Source of the DNA: Candidatus Micrarchaeaceae archaeon
GTDB lineage: Archaea > Micrarchaeota > Micrarchaeia > Micrarchaeales > CABMGC01
Reading direction: 5' to 3'
Assembly: GCA_038878295.1 (NCBI GenBank)
Contig: JAVZVY010000006.1
Span: 1-34,299, forward strand
Length of the DNA stretch: 34,299 bases
Below the pieces are notes generated by a model. It was not told where the DNA came from, did no database searches, and saw only the letters and a list, made by a program, of their open reading frames with translations. This document shows positions 8,701-16,567 of this stretch, in pieces (the stretch's first letter is position 1; each line of letters begins with the position of its first letter). Made by a program: the position numbers and the translations under genes.

Positions 8701-8720
8701 ACGAACGAGACCTTCGTTGA
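8205..8720 (+). CDS. Intron-encoded LAGLIDADG-family protein, degenerate
   Basis: YIAGIYSRCA and YVAGMFDAAG motifs about 95 aa apart; ATG 8205 (or GTG 8199); genomic stop lies in the 3' exon. Confidence 0.8.
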   Translation: MKAEDENEKRQAIYYIAGIYSRCANTNEIYIETRFGNIAGRFAEIALKYLGISPEKILIKDFGNAKRASFYHSRYAKEFRRIADRETKIFTKKSDIAASYVAGMFDAAGRIEKGKLIIKGLSPSDQIMLSNLGIHANGNAIMNASDFIMFIKGYSLLLEHIRLPGNERDLR

Positions 8721-9302
8721 CAGTTGCCAGCGGCTCAGAGATGGGTCGCGCACTCTGTCGAGACTGCCTGCATTTAAGCAGGAGGAAGGAGAAGGCGACG
8801 GTACGTCAGTATGCCCCAAATCTCCAGGGCTACACGTGGCATACAAAGGTTGGTGCAATGGGTTGCGATGCCGAGAGGCAAAGCTAATCCCCTAAAGCCA
8901 GCCCCAGTTCGGATTGAGGGCTGTGACTCGCCCTCATGAAGTTGGAATCCCTAGTAATCGCTTGTCACCAACGAGCGGTGAATGTGTCCCCGCTCCTTGC
9001 ACACACCGCCTGTCAAGTCACCCAAGTGGGATTCTAATGAGGCAACATCATAAGATGTTTTCGAATTAGAGTCTCGTGAGGGGGGCTAAGTCATAACAAG
9101 GTATCCGTAGGGGAACCTGCGGATAGATCACCTCAGAATCGTAATTGCGGGTTGCATAAGGTTTCAAGACTACTTTTCTGTTTTTCGTCGTCATGCAAAA
9201 CAGCGATTTGCAAAATCCCAAACACCTTTAAACGAATTTCAATTTTTAGGCATATTTAAATATCAGCAAAAAATACAGTATATTCAAATTAAGGCGAGTG
9301 AT

Positions 9303-9614
9303 ATGGTTGAAAAGACAATAGAAACTGAAGAGACCAAAGAGTTAAAAAATGAGATTAAAAACTTTAAAACTCTGGCAAGACTTCATAACGCGATGGCTGG
9401 AGTTGCCGCTGCTGTTGGGGGTCTCTCTGGCATTGCTGCTCTTGGGAATTTACTGAGTTCTGATGCAAGCAATCAGAATGCTGCTCTTATTTTTGGGGTA
9501 GTCAGCTCATTGTCATTTTTCTATGCGATTTACAGTCTGCTTAGAGGCAGTGCAAACGGACAGAAGGCTGAGACACTCTGGGATGAGCTTAAGACCAAAC
9601 TCAGAAAGAATTAA
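9303..9614 (+). CDS. Hypothetical two-TM membrane protein
   Basis: Two hydrophobic segments, charged termini, GAGTGA SD upstream, TATA-like TTTAAATA near 9256. Confidence 0.7.
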   Translation: MVEKTIETEETKELKNEIKNFKTLARLHNAMAGVAAAVGGLSGIAALGNLLSSDASNQNAALIFGVVSSLSFFYAIYSLLRGSANGQKAETLWDELKTKLRKN

Positions 9615-9628
9615 AGGAAGTTACTTGT

Positions 9629-9696
9629 TTTTGGATGTGTTTCCCTTGGGCCTGGCTGACCCCACCGGCTGGGCTTTTCGAGGAAACACGCCAAAA
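9629..9696 (+). other. Long intergenic hairpin (candidate ncRNA or terminator element)
   Basis: TTTTGG/CCAAAA, TGTGTTTCC/GGAAACACG and GGGCCTGGCTG/CGGCTGGGCTT stems, 7-nt loop. Confidence 0.5.
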
Positions 9697-9706
9697 GATT
9701 TATATT
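9692..9706 (+). promoter_or_regulatory. BRE/TATA promoter candidate for the EF-1alpha-S10 operon
   Basis: CAAAAGA followed by TTTATATT, 100 nt upstream of the ATG; SD AGGTGA at 9795-9800. Confidence 0.55.
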
Positions 9707-9805
9707 TATTTACTACTCATAAATTAGCAGCATACGGCTGATTAGCTAGCTCTATTGATTAGGGGGCTTAGGCGAATTGCCTTTTTATGCTTATAGGTGA
9801 ATTGA

Positions 9806-11077
9806 ATGGCAGAAAAACCACACCTTAATTTGATCTTCATAGGACACATAGACCACGGCAAGTCTACAACAGTAGGAAGGCTGCTTTACGACACAAAAGC
9901 TATTACCGAGCAGGACATGAAAAGGATGAAGGAGGAAGTGGCCAAGTACAACAGGCCAACATTTGAATTCGCTTTCGTCATGGACCAGCTCAAGGAGGAG
10001 CGAGAGCGCGGCATAACAATAGACATTGCGCACAGGGAATTCCAGACGCCAAAATACTACTTCACGATAATAGATGCGCCCGGTCACAGGGACTTCGTCA
10101 AGAACATGATTACTGGCGCAAGCCAGGCTGATGCCGCTGTGCTAGTTATATCATGCCCTGACGGCGTGCAGGCGCAGACAAGGGAGCATGCTTTCCTTGC
10201 GAAGGTTCTCGGCATAAACCAGCTTATAGTAGGCATAAACAAGATGGACAAGGTCAACTATGAGAGGCAGAAGTACGAAGACGTAAAGCTCAGCATAGCT
10301 AACCTGCTCAAGACGGTAGGCTACGACACAAGCACAATACAGTTTGTGCCTTACTCAGCAATAGAGGGCGAGAACGTATCGCAGAAATCCTCAAAGATGA
10401 GCTGGTACACAGGGCCGACGCTGCTTGAAGCGCTCGACACGTTGAAGGTGCCTGAAAAGCCACTTAACAAGCCGCTCAGGCTGCCAATACAGGATGTATA
10501 TTCAATACAGGGCTTTGGCACTGTGCCTGTAGGCAGAGTTGAAACCGGCGTGATGAAGCCCGGCGACCAGATAGTGATAATGCCAGGCGGCTTCAAGACA
10601 GACGTGAAGAGTATAGAGATGCACCACCAGCAGCTTCAGAAAGCTGAACCTGGCGACAACATAGGCTTCAACATAAAGGGCATAGATAAGAAAGATATAA
10701 AACGTGGCTATGTTGTCGGCACTCCTGACAACCCGCCGAGCGTTGTTGATGAATTCACCGCGCAGATAGTAGTGATAAACCACCCTACAGCTATAGCCGC
10801 GGGCTACAGCCCGGTATTCCACATACACACGGCGCAGGTCGCTGCAACGATAACAGAAATAATGGAGAAGAAAGATCCGAAAACAGGCCAGACACTTCAG
10901 AAAAATCCAGAATTCATAAAGACTGGCGACGTCGCGATAGTGAAAGTAAAACCTTCTAAGCCCGTCGTTGTCGAAAAGTACAGCGATTTCCCGCCTCTAG
11001 GCAGGTTCGCAATCAGGGACATGGGTCAGACAGTTGCGGCTGGTATAGTACTTGATATAGTCAAAAGAGCGCAGTGA
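9806..11077 (+). CDS. tuf: Translation elongation factor EF-1alpha
   Basis: [40 protein letters not shown]. Confidence 0.99.
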   Translation: MAEKPHLNLIFIGHIDHGKSTTVGRLLYDTKAITEQDMKRMKEEVAKYNRPTFEFAFVMDQLKEERERGITIDIAHREFQTPKYYFTIIDAPGHRDFVKNMITGASQADAAVLVISCPDGVQAQTREHAFLAKVLGINQLIVGINKMDKVNYERQKYEDVKLSIANLLKTVGYDTSTIQFVPYSAIEGENVSQKSSKMSWYTGPTLLEALDTLKVPEKPLNKPLRLPIQDVYSIQGFGTVPVGRVETGVMKPGDQIVIMPGGFKTDVKSIEMHHQQLQKAEPGDNIGFNIKGIDKKDIKRGYVVGTPDNPPSVVDEFTAQIVVINHPTAIAAGYSPVFHIHTAQVAATITEIMEKKDPKTGQTLQKNPEFIKTGDVAIVKVKPSKPVVVEKYSDFPPLGRFAIRDMGQTVAAGIVLDIVKRAQ

Positions 11078-11385
11078 GCATGGCCACAGCAAGAATAAAA
11101 CTCATGAGCACGAGCAAAAGCGATGCTATAAACATAGCGAAGCAAATAGTCGACATAGCCAAGTCAGTAAACATAAAGTACAGCGGGCCCATTCCTTTGC
11201 CGACGAAGGTGCTCAAGGTGCCTGTAAGGAAAACACCGTGCGGCGACGGAAGCCACACGTTCGAGCACTGGGAGATGCGAATACACAAATGGCTTGTTGA
11301 AATAGAGGGCACTGACCAGTCGCTGCATCAGGTAATGCGCATCTCAGTGCCTGACACTGTGCAGATAGTCATGACTTTGAGCTGA
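11074..11385 (+). CDS. rps10: 30S ribosomal protein S10
   Basis: [28 protein letters not shown]; start GTG 11074 or ATG 11080. Confidence 0.97.
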   Translation: MSMATARIKLMSTSKSDAINIAKQIVDIAKSVNIKYSGPIPLPTKVLKVPVRKTPCGDGSHTFEHWEMRIHKWLVEIEGTDQSLHQVMRISVPDTVQIVMTLS

Positions 11386-11389
11386 GCGC

Positions 11390-12577
11390 TCAGAATGTTG
11401 GGTATTTTCCTATAGCTATATTTTCTATAAGCTCGTCTATATTCTCAAGCATAGAATCTGCTATGTACCTCGCTTTGCCGCCGACGGCTTCGAAATTTTC
11501 CCCAGCTATTTCTATAGATATGCTTTTTGGTTCGCTTATGGGCTTGCCTATCTGAGACAATATCCCGACATCACACTCCTCTATGTCGCTGTATTCGCTC
11601 ACAATCCTATTGGCAAGCAAGGAAGCGAGTATGTTGTATATCTTTCCAACATGATTAACTGGGTTTTTGCCGGCTGCGGCTTCAAGGCTCATTATCCTAA
11701 ACGGAGTTATAAGGCCGTTGACCCTGTTGCCTCTGCCTACCGATCCGTCGTCCCCGCTTTCGCAGCTGAGGCCTGTCTTTGTTAGGTACACAGAACCGTG
11801 CTCTATGGAGTCGCCTGTGTTTATAAATACCTCAGTATCCTTGTCTGTTATGCTGTTTTTGAATGAAAGTATGTCCTCTTTTATTTTTTCTTTTGCAGCC
11901 ACATATTCGTCTAAGCTGTTTATAAATTTCGAAACAAAGGCTATCGCAACTGTAAGCGTTATCTTGCTACCTTCGCGTAGGCCCATAACCTTCACGTCCT
12001 CTCCAACCATCGGCATTTTGCTTTTGTAGCTTGGGCTGTTTAGATAGTGCTCTGTTTCCAGCACAAGACGCTCTGTGTCGCTGAAAGGCGCAAAACCCAT
12101 TCCAAACGAGGTGTCGTTAGCTAGAGGCACGCCGTTGCCTCTCATGAAGATATGCTGCAAGTCGGCGCTGCCGTTAGCTATTTTCGAGTCTATTACGACG
12201 TCGTTATCAAGATCGAGAAACCTTGTGACGCCTTTCAGATACGATCTGGCTGTGTTTCTCGCCAATTCGTTGACTTCGAAAGACTTGCCATTGAAATGCT
12301 CGGTCGCCCTTCCTGTTACAATCACTTCTATTTTCCTAGTTATTTTTCCACCGCCGAAAGAAACTTCAGAAGAACCGCCTATAATTAGGCCCTTGTCAAC
12401 ATTGTGGTGAAGGATGCTTCCCGTGCTATTTAGATACTCCTTGCTCAACTCGCGGCTTGTTGCGTCTACTATGCCGTCAATAAGGCTATCAGGATGACCT
12501 ATGCCTTTCCTCTCTACGAATTCTATATCTCTGCCTGATATTGGATGCGTATGCCTGCTTATACTTATATTCCTCAT
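11390..12577 (-). CDS. mat: Archaeal-type S-adenosylmethionine synthetase
   Basis: ERKGIGHPD, HHNVDK, ANDTS, GEDVKVMG, ESGDDGSVGRGNR, AGKNPVNHVGK. Confidence 0.96.
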   Translation of the reverse strand: MRNISISRHTHPISGRDIEFVERKGIGHPDSLIDGIVDATSRELSKEYLNSTGSILHHNVDKGLIIGGSSEVSFGGGKITRKIEVIVTGRATEHFNGKSFEVNELARNTARSYLKGVTRFLDLDNDVVIDSKIANGSADLQHIFMRGNGVPLANDTSFGMGFAPFSDTERLVLETEHYLNSPSYKSKMPMVGEDVKVMGLREGSKITLTVAIAFVSKFINSLDEYVAAKEKIKEDILSFKNSITDKDTEVFINTGDSIEHGSVYLTKTGLSCESGDDGSVGRGNRVNGLITPFRIMSLEAAAGKNPVNHVGKIYNILASLLANRIVSEYSDIEECDVGILSQIGKPISEPKSISIEIAGENFEAVGGKARYIADSMLENIDELIENIAIGKYPTF

Positions 12578-12612
12578 AAAACCACGTCAGAATTAGGAGA
12601 ACATCAGCGCAA

Positions 12613-12656
12613 GGTATATATAATAATTTTTGCATAAAAAATTACTATTAGTAATT
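12613..12656. promoter_or_regulatory. Divergent promoter with TATA box and two inverted repeats (candidate operators)
   Basis: GGTATATATAA; TAATTTTT-N5-AAAAATTA (12624-12644); AATTACTA-T-TAGTAATT (12640-12656). Confidence 0.5.
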
Positions 12657-12658
12657 AA

Positions 12659-13252
12659 ATGGAGGACTTAAAAAGCATTGGAGCGAGGCTAAGGAACATG
12701 AGGCGAGCCCTCGGTATAAGCCAGAAGAGGCTTGCCTTCATGTCTGGAGTAAGCCAGGGCGAGATAGCGCGCATAGAGAGGGATCCTGAAAAACTTAATC
12801 CGAGCTATGCAACTATTTTCACCGTGTTCACCACACTCGAGGAGTACCAAAGCAGGAGCGACAACATCGCGCAGAAATCGAAGAGGGCCTATGACATAAT
12901 GCACAGGCACGTCATACATGTTAATCCGGAAGACACAGCAGAGAAGGCCCTCGAAATAATGAGGAAGAATGACTTCTCGCAGCTTCCTGTGCTGAACCAC
13001 AGGATGGGCGTCGTAGGTACTGTCTACCAAAAAAGGCTGATTTCTGAAATGCTTTCCGGGAAGAGGAATGCGCTTGATGTTCCTGTGAAGACGCTTGTTG
13101 AAGCCGCTTTGCCGCAGGTTGACGCAGACACGCCAATACAAAAGATGAAGCCAATTCTTGAAAACTGGGACGCTGTGCTGGTTTCCCATGACAGGAAGAT
13201 AGTAGGCATAATAACTATTTACGATATTTTCAAGATTTTGCAGCAAACTTAA
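12659..13252 (+). CDS. XRE-type HTH transcriptional regulator with C-terminal CBS pair
   Basis: LRNMRRALGISQKRLAFMSGVSQGEIARIE (HTH); FSQLPV and IVGIITIYD (CBS). Confidence 0.92.
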   Translation: MEDLKSIGARLRNMRRALGISQKRLAFMSGVSQGEIARIERDPEKLNPSYATIFTVFTTLEEYQSRSDNIAQKSKRAYDIMHRHVIHVNPEDTAEKALEIMRKNDFSQLPVLNHRMGVVGTVYQKRLISEMLSGKRNALDVPVKTLVEAALPQVDADTPIQKMKPILENWDAVLVSHDRKIVGIITIYDIFKILQQT

Positions 13253-13286
13253 TAATTGTTTCTAAGCGAGATATTTAGGTGCGCGC

Positions 13287-14066
13287 ATGAATAAGCTTAC
13301 AGTCTATACCCTAATTGTGGTGATTTTAGCCCTTGCGGTGATAGCCGCAGCGGCATTTCTTGGCAATGGCAACAAGGCTGCGCCGGCAACAATGGATAAT
13401 GTTGCGGTTAGCCCGCAGTTTCTATCGCAGCTTGCTCTGAACAACTCGGTATTTGCAAGCATAGGCGAGGGCAGTGCTAACAACATTCCAAAAGTCATAA
13501 ACAACAAGCCGCTGCTTACCGATGGAAAGCCCACGCTGCTTTACATAGGCGCCGATTACTGCCCTTATTGCGCAGCTGAGCGTTGGGCGCTTGTCATAGC
13601 CCTTATGAGATTTGGCAACTTCACGAAGCTGCATTACATGACGTCGAGCATTTCTGATTATGCGCCAGGCACGCCTACATTTACTTTCTACAATTCGAGT
13701 TATAGCAGCCCATACTTAAACTTCACAGAGGTGGAGCTCACTACAAACAAGCTCGTCAATGGCACATACCCGCCGCTGCAGAGCATGAATAATTCCGAGA
13801 GCTCACTTATGAATGAGTACGATCCAAACGGGAGCATACCATTCATATACTTCGGAGGCTACTCTGTGCAGGTAGGTAGCAATTATGATCCTATGACGCT
13901 CAGCGGCTTAAACTGGAGCCAGATAGAGTCTCAGCTTAGGAATCCTGCTTCAGCGGTTTCACAGGCAATAGTAGGCAGTGCGAACATAGAAACAGCGCAG
14001 ATATGCATGATGATAAACAACACAGCACCAGTATGCAGTCAGCAGTACATCAAAAACATAGAATAA
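13287..14066 (+). CDS. DUF929-like secreted/membrane-anchored thioredoxin-fold protein
   Basis: N-terminal [35 protein letters not shown]; many N-x-S/T sequons. Confidence 0.85.
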   Translation: MNKLTVYTLIVVILALAVIAAAAFLGNGNKAAPATMDNVAVSPQFLSQLALNNSVFASIGEGSANNIPKVINNKPLLTDGKPTLLYIGADYCPYCAAERWALVIALMRFGNFTKLHYMTSSISDYAPGTPTFTFYNSSYSSPYLNFTEVELTTNKLVNGTYPPLQSMNNSESSLMNEYDPNGSIPFIYFGGYSVQVGSNYDPMTLSGLNWSQIESQLRNPASAVSQAIVGSANIETAQICMMINNTAPVCSQQYIKNIE

Positions 14067-14186
14067 GATATTGTGCGGCTGCGATAATAGAGATAGTCGC
14101 TTTTAAAATAGCCCGCATAATGTTGATTTCAGCGAATGGTTTATATACCACTTTAATTCATTTATGCATGTATCGCTGCTGATTAT

Positions 14187-14911
14187 ATGGCGTATGAAAT
14201 AATAAAGGTAAATGACGCTCAACTTCCGCGGATAAGTGCAAAAAATGACAAATTCAGATTTACTGGGGAAGTGATAATAAACGCAGAAGGCAAAAGCTCT
14301 ATAGAATAGTCGCAATAAAAGACTTTGGTGGCGTGAAGAAGGGCACTCTAGGGGGTTTCATAGAAAATGAGAATAATCTTGATTTCAAATCAGACGCGTG
14401 GGTTGGAGATTATGCACAGGTTTCAGGGAAGGCACGGGTTTCAGGGCATGCACGACTTTACGGGCATGCGCAGGCTTCTGAAAAGGCCAGAATCTCTGGC
14501 CATGCGCGGCTCTATGGGCATGCGCGAGCCACAGGCAAAGCGCGCATACTAGAGGATGCCGAGGTTTTCGATTATACGTGGGTTTCTGGGAAGGCGCATA
14601 TATCTGGGCATGCACTGCTCTATGGAAACTCTGTTGTTTATGAAAATGCATTGGTATCGGGAAGAGCCACGATTTCTGATAACGCCATAGTCTCTGGACA
14701 TGCTGTAGTCATAGATGAGGCCTGGGTTTCTGGGAATGCACATGTTTCAGGAAGTGCCTGGATTTGCGGAAATGTGCGCATAGGCGGCGACCTTTCGATT
14801 TCAAGTGGCATGCTTGACGTTCATGACGGAGTATTTATGACCCAATCGCAGCTTGATGAATATCTAAAATATCACAGGCACCGCATGCTCAAAGGACTTG
14901 CGAGGCGTTAA
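14187..14911 (+). pseudogene. Left-handed beta-helix (hexapeptide repeat) protein gene split by a -1 frameshift at ~14292-14296
   Basis: Frame A from ATG 14187 gives MAYEII..DKFRFTGEVIINAEGK; frame B continues KLYRIVAIKDFGGVKKGTLGGFIENENNL and then A-x-[VI]-S-G-x hexapeptides. Confidence 0.7.
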
Positions 14912-14936
14912 GGAACCATGCAAAATAAGATGTAGC

Positions 14937-16379
14937 TCAGCCTATGGCAACATGCACCATTTGGTGCGCAAGTTGCCTCTTTTCATTTATTATATTCGAC
15001 TTCTCATATGGGTCTTCGATTATGTCGAACATTACGTCTTTTATGCTGCTGTTGAAGTAGTGTATCAGCTTGAAATTTTTGTAATACACAGCTGTCGCAA
15101 AAGTGTTGTGGTAAAGCTTTGTCAGGTATATTCTTCTTGCATATTCAGAGCGCCGCATCAGACGCCTCAGCATGCTTATGTCCCACACTTCAGTCAGGCC
15201 CACATGGTCTGAAATCACGAAGTTATCAGATCTTAGCGAACCGTTTATAATATCAGTTTCGCCACGCGCCACTTTCATTATCGATTCATTGAGAGCTGTG
15301 AGACTCACGAACTTGTTTACGTTTTCTCTTGTGTTTATCTGCTTGCCGTTTACGAATCGCGCCACTATGAGAGGCACATGGACCAACTCTTCGTAAGGGA
15401 ACATATTGTGGTAGAGCAAGCCGTGCTCCATGAACGCTTGGCCATGGTCTGAAGCGATTATTACTATGGCGTTGTCAAGGCCACCATTTTCTCTGAGCTT
15501 CCTTAGAAGCGCGCCTATTGCTGAGTCTAGGTATTCTATTCTTTTTAAATACGCTTTTTGTATGATGTTGATGCCATCTTTTGAGGCTATACCGCTCAGA
15601 TAAAGCCATTTTTCTTGCTCGACGTATTCATTGCTAATGAGGTTAGTCGGATAGCCTTCATGACCCTCCATGTAGTTGGCAAAGATGAAATTTGGATGCC
15701 CTGCTTTCTTCAGAATACTAATTATTCGCTTGTTTGTGGTTGCCGCGCCTTTGTCAAGCGAATAGAACCCGTACCTTTTTGAAAAACTTTTGTTGGTTTT
15801 TTCCCTTATGTTTATATATACTTTATCTAGCGCTTTCCTTGGCAGCATTCTTGATATGCCGTAAGCAACGCTCTCCAAGCTTTTTCTGAGCTTTTCATTG
15901 TCTATTATCTTCAATACTCTTTTCACGTAGCCGCTTCTGTCTATGCTGTTCTCGAACCAGAGATTTTCAGCATAGGCAAAACCTTTGCCAAGACCCGTAG
16001 ATACGGACAAGAAAGGATTATTTGAAATCAGCGCTGTGTTGTAGCCCAGATAGCTCAGTTTTTCGGCGAGGGTCATGTCAACAGCAGTGATATACTTGAT
16101 CCTAGTAAGGAAGGGGTCTATATTCTCTTCGCTGTGCTTTATGGGATCTTTCGTGAGCCCTTTGATTTCTTTCACTCTTTTGCCTGTGAATAAAGAGGCA
16201 TGAGAAGGCACAGTATACGTGCCAGGAGCAACAACCCTTTCGTAAACTGTGCCACTCTTTGCAAGAGCGCTTATGGTGCTTGTATGGGCAGGACCGCCGT
16301 AGACGCCTAATGCGTCTGCTCTCACCGTATCAAGCATAAGAAAGATAATATCTGGTCTTCCATTGCGCATGCGGATCAT
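14937..16379 (-). CDS. Sulfatase-like hydrolase/transferase (alkaline phosphatase superfamily)
   Basis: LDTVRAD, YTVPSHASLFTG, NYMEGHEGY, ASDHGQ..EHG..H, HVPL. Confidence 0.9.
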   Translation of the reverse strand: MIRMRNGRPDIIFLMLDTVRADALGVYGGPAHTSTISALAKSGTVYERVVAPGTYTVPSHASLFTGKRVKEIKGLTKDPIKHSEENIDPFLTRIKYITAVDMTLAEKLSYLGYNTALISNNPFLSVSTGLGKGFAYAENLWFENSIDRSGYVKRVLKIIDNEKLRKSLESVAYGISRMLPRKALDKVYINIREKTNKSFSKRYGFYSLDKGAATTNKRIISILKKAGHPNFIFANYMEGHEGYPTNLISNEYVEQEKWLYLSGIASKDGINIIQKAYLKRIEYLDSAIGALLRKLRENGGLDNAIVIIASDHGQAFMEHGLLYHNMFPYEELVHVPLIVARFVNGKQINTRENVNKFVSLTALNESIMKVARGETDIINGSLRSDNFVISDHVGLTEVWDISMLRRLMRRSEYARRIYLTKLYHNTFATAVYYKNFKLIHYFNSSIKDVMFDIIEDPYEKSNIINEKRQLAHQMVHVAIG

Positions 16380-16449
16380 TTATTGTAAAGTCCAGCAACA
16401 GCTTTGCATATAATTTAACAAACAAAGATATAAACTTATTCTTATGTTT

Positions 16450-16541
16450 GGGTTATTCGGCGTTTGGCGTGGTAGATTTCCTAACAGCCTGATATGGCCC
16501 GGTTATATGAATCGCATTTTACCTGCGGCGACGGCATAACT
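16450..16541 (+). ncRNA. Candidate two-hairpin structured RNA with possible kissing loops
   Basis: GGGTTAT/ATGGCCC-closed hairpin and GGTTAT/ATAACT-closed hairpin; loop sequences GGTAGA and TTTACC are complementary. Confidence 0.35.
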
Positions 16542-16567
16542 GCGTAATAAATGTTTATAGGGCTGAG

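Larger units (their letters stand above)
7140..9134 (+). rRNA. rrs: 16S rRNA gene, intron-interrupted (exons ~7140-8189 and 8701-~9134; ~1484 nt spliced)
   Basis: Archaeal 16S landmarks: GCCATGCAAGTC, CAGCCGCCACGGTAATAC, ATTAGATACCC, AAACTTAAA, ACACACCGCC, TAACAAGGTA, GATCACCTC; ends approximate. Confidence 0.98.
7098..9173 (+). other. Pre-16S rRNA processing stem with canonical bulge-helix-bulge (arms 7098-7129 and 9142-9173)
   Basis: GTAGTCTTGAAAC/GTTTCAAGACTAC (13 bp), central ATGC/GCAT, bulges AAA (7115-17) and AAG (9158-60), inner AACTCGCAATTG/TAATTGCGGGTT. Confidence 0.93.

Noticed and set aside
9636..9660. Minus-strand GCCAGGCCCAAGGGAAAC resembling SRP RNA helix 8
   Set aside because: Lacks the GNRA tetraloop and AGCA motif, and the interval is too short for archaeal SRP RNA
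14400..14780. Recurring ~18-nt units as a CRISPR array or tandem repeat
   Set aside because: Degenerate coding repeats of the hexapeptide beta-helix; no identical repeats with spacers and no cas genes
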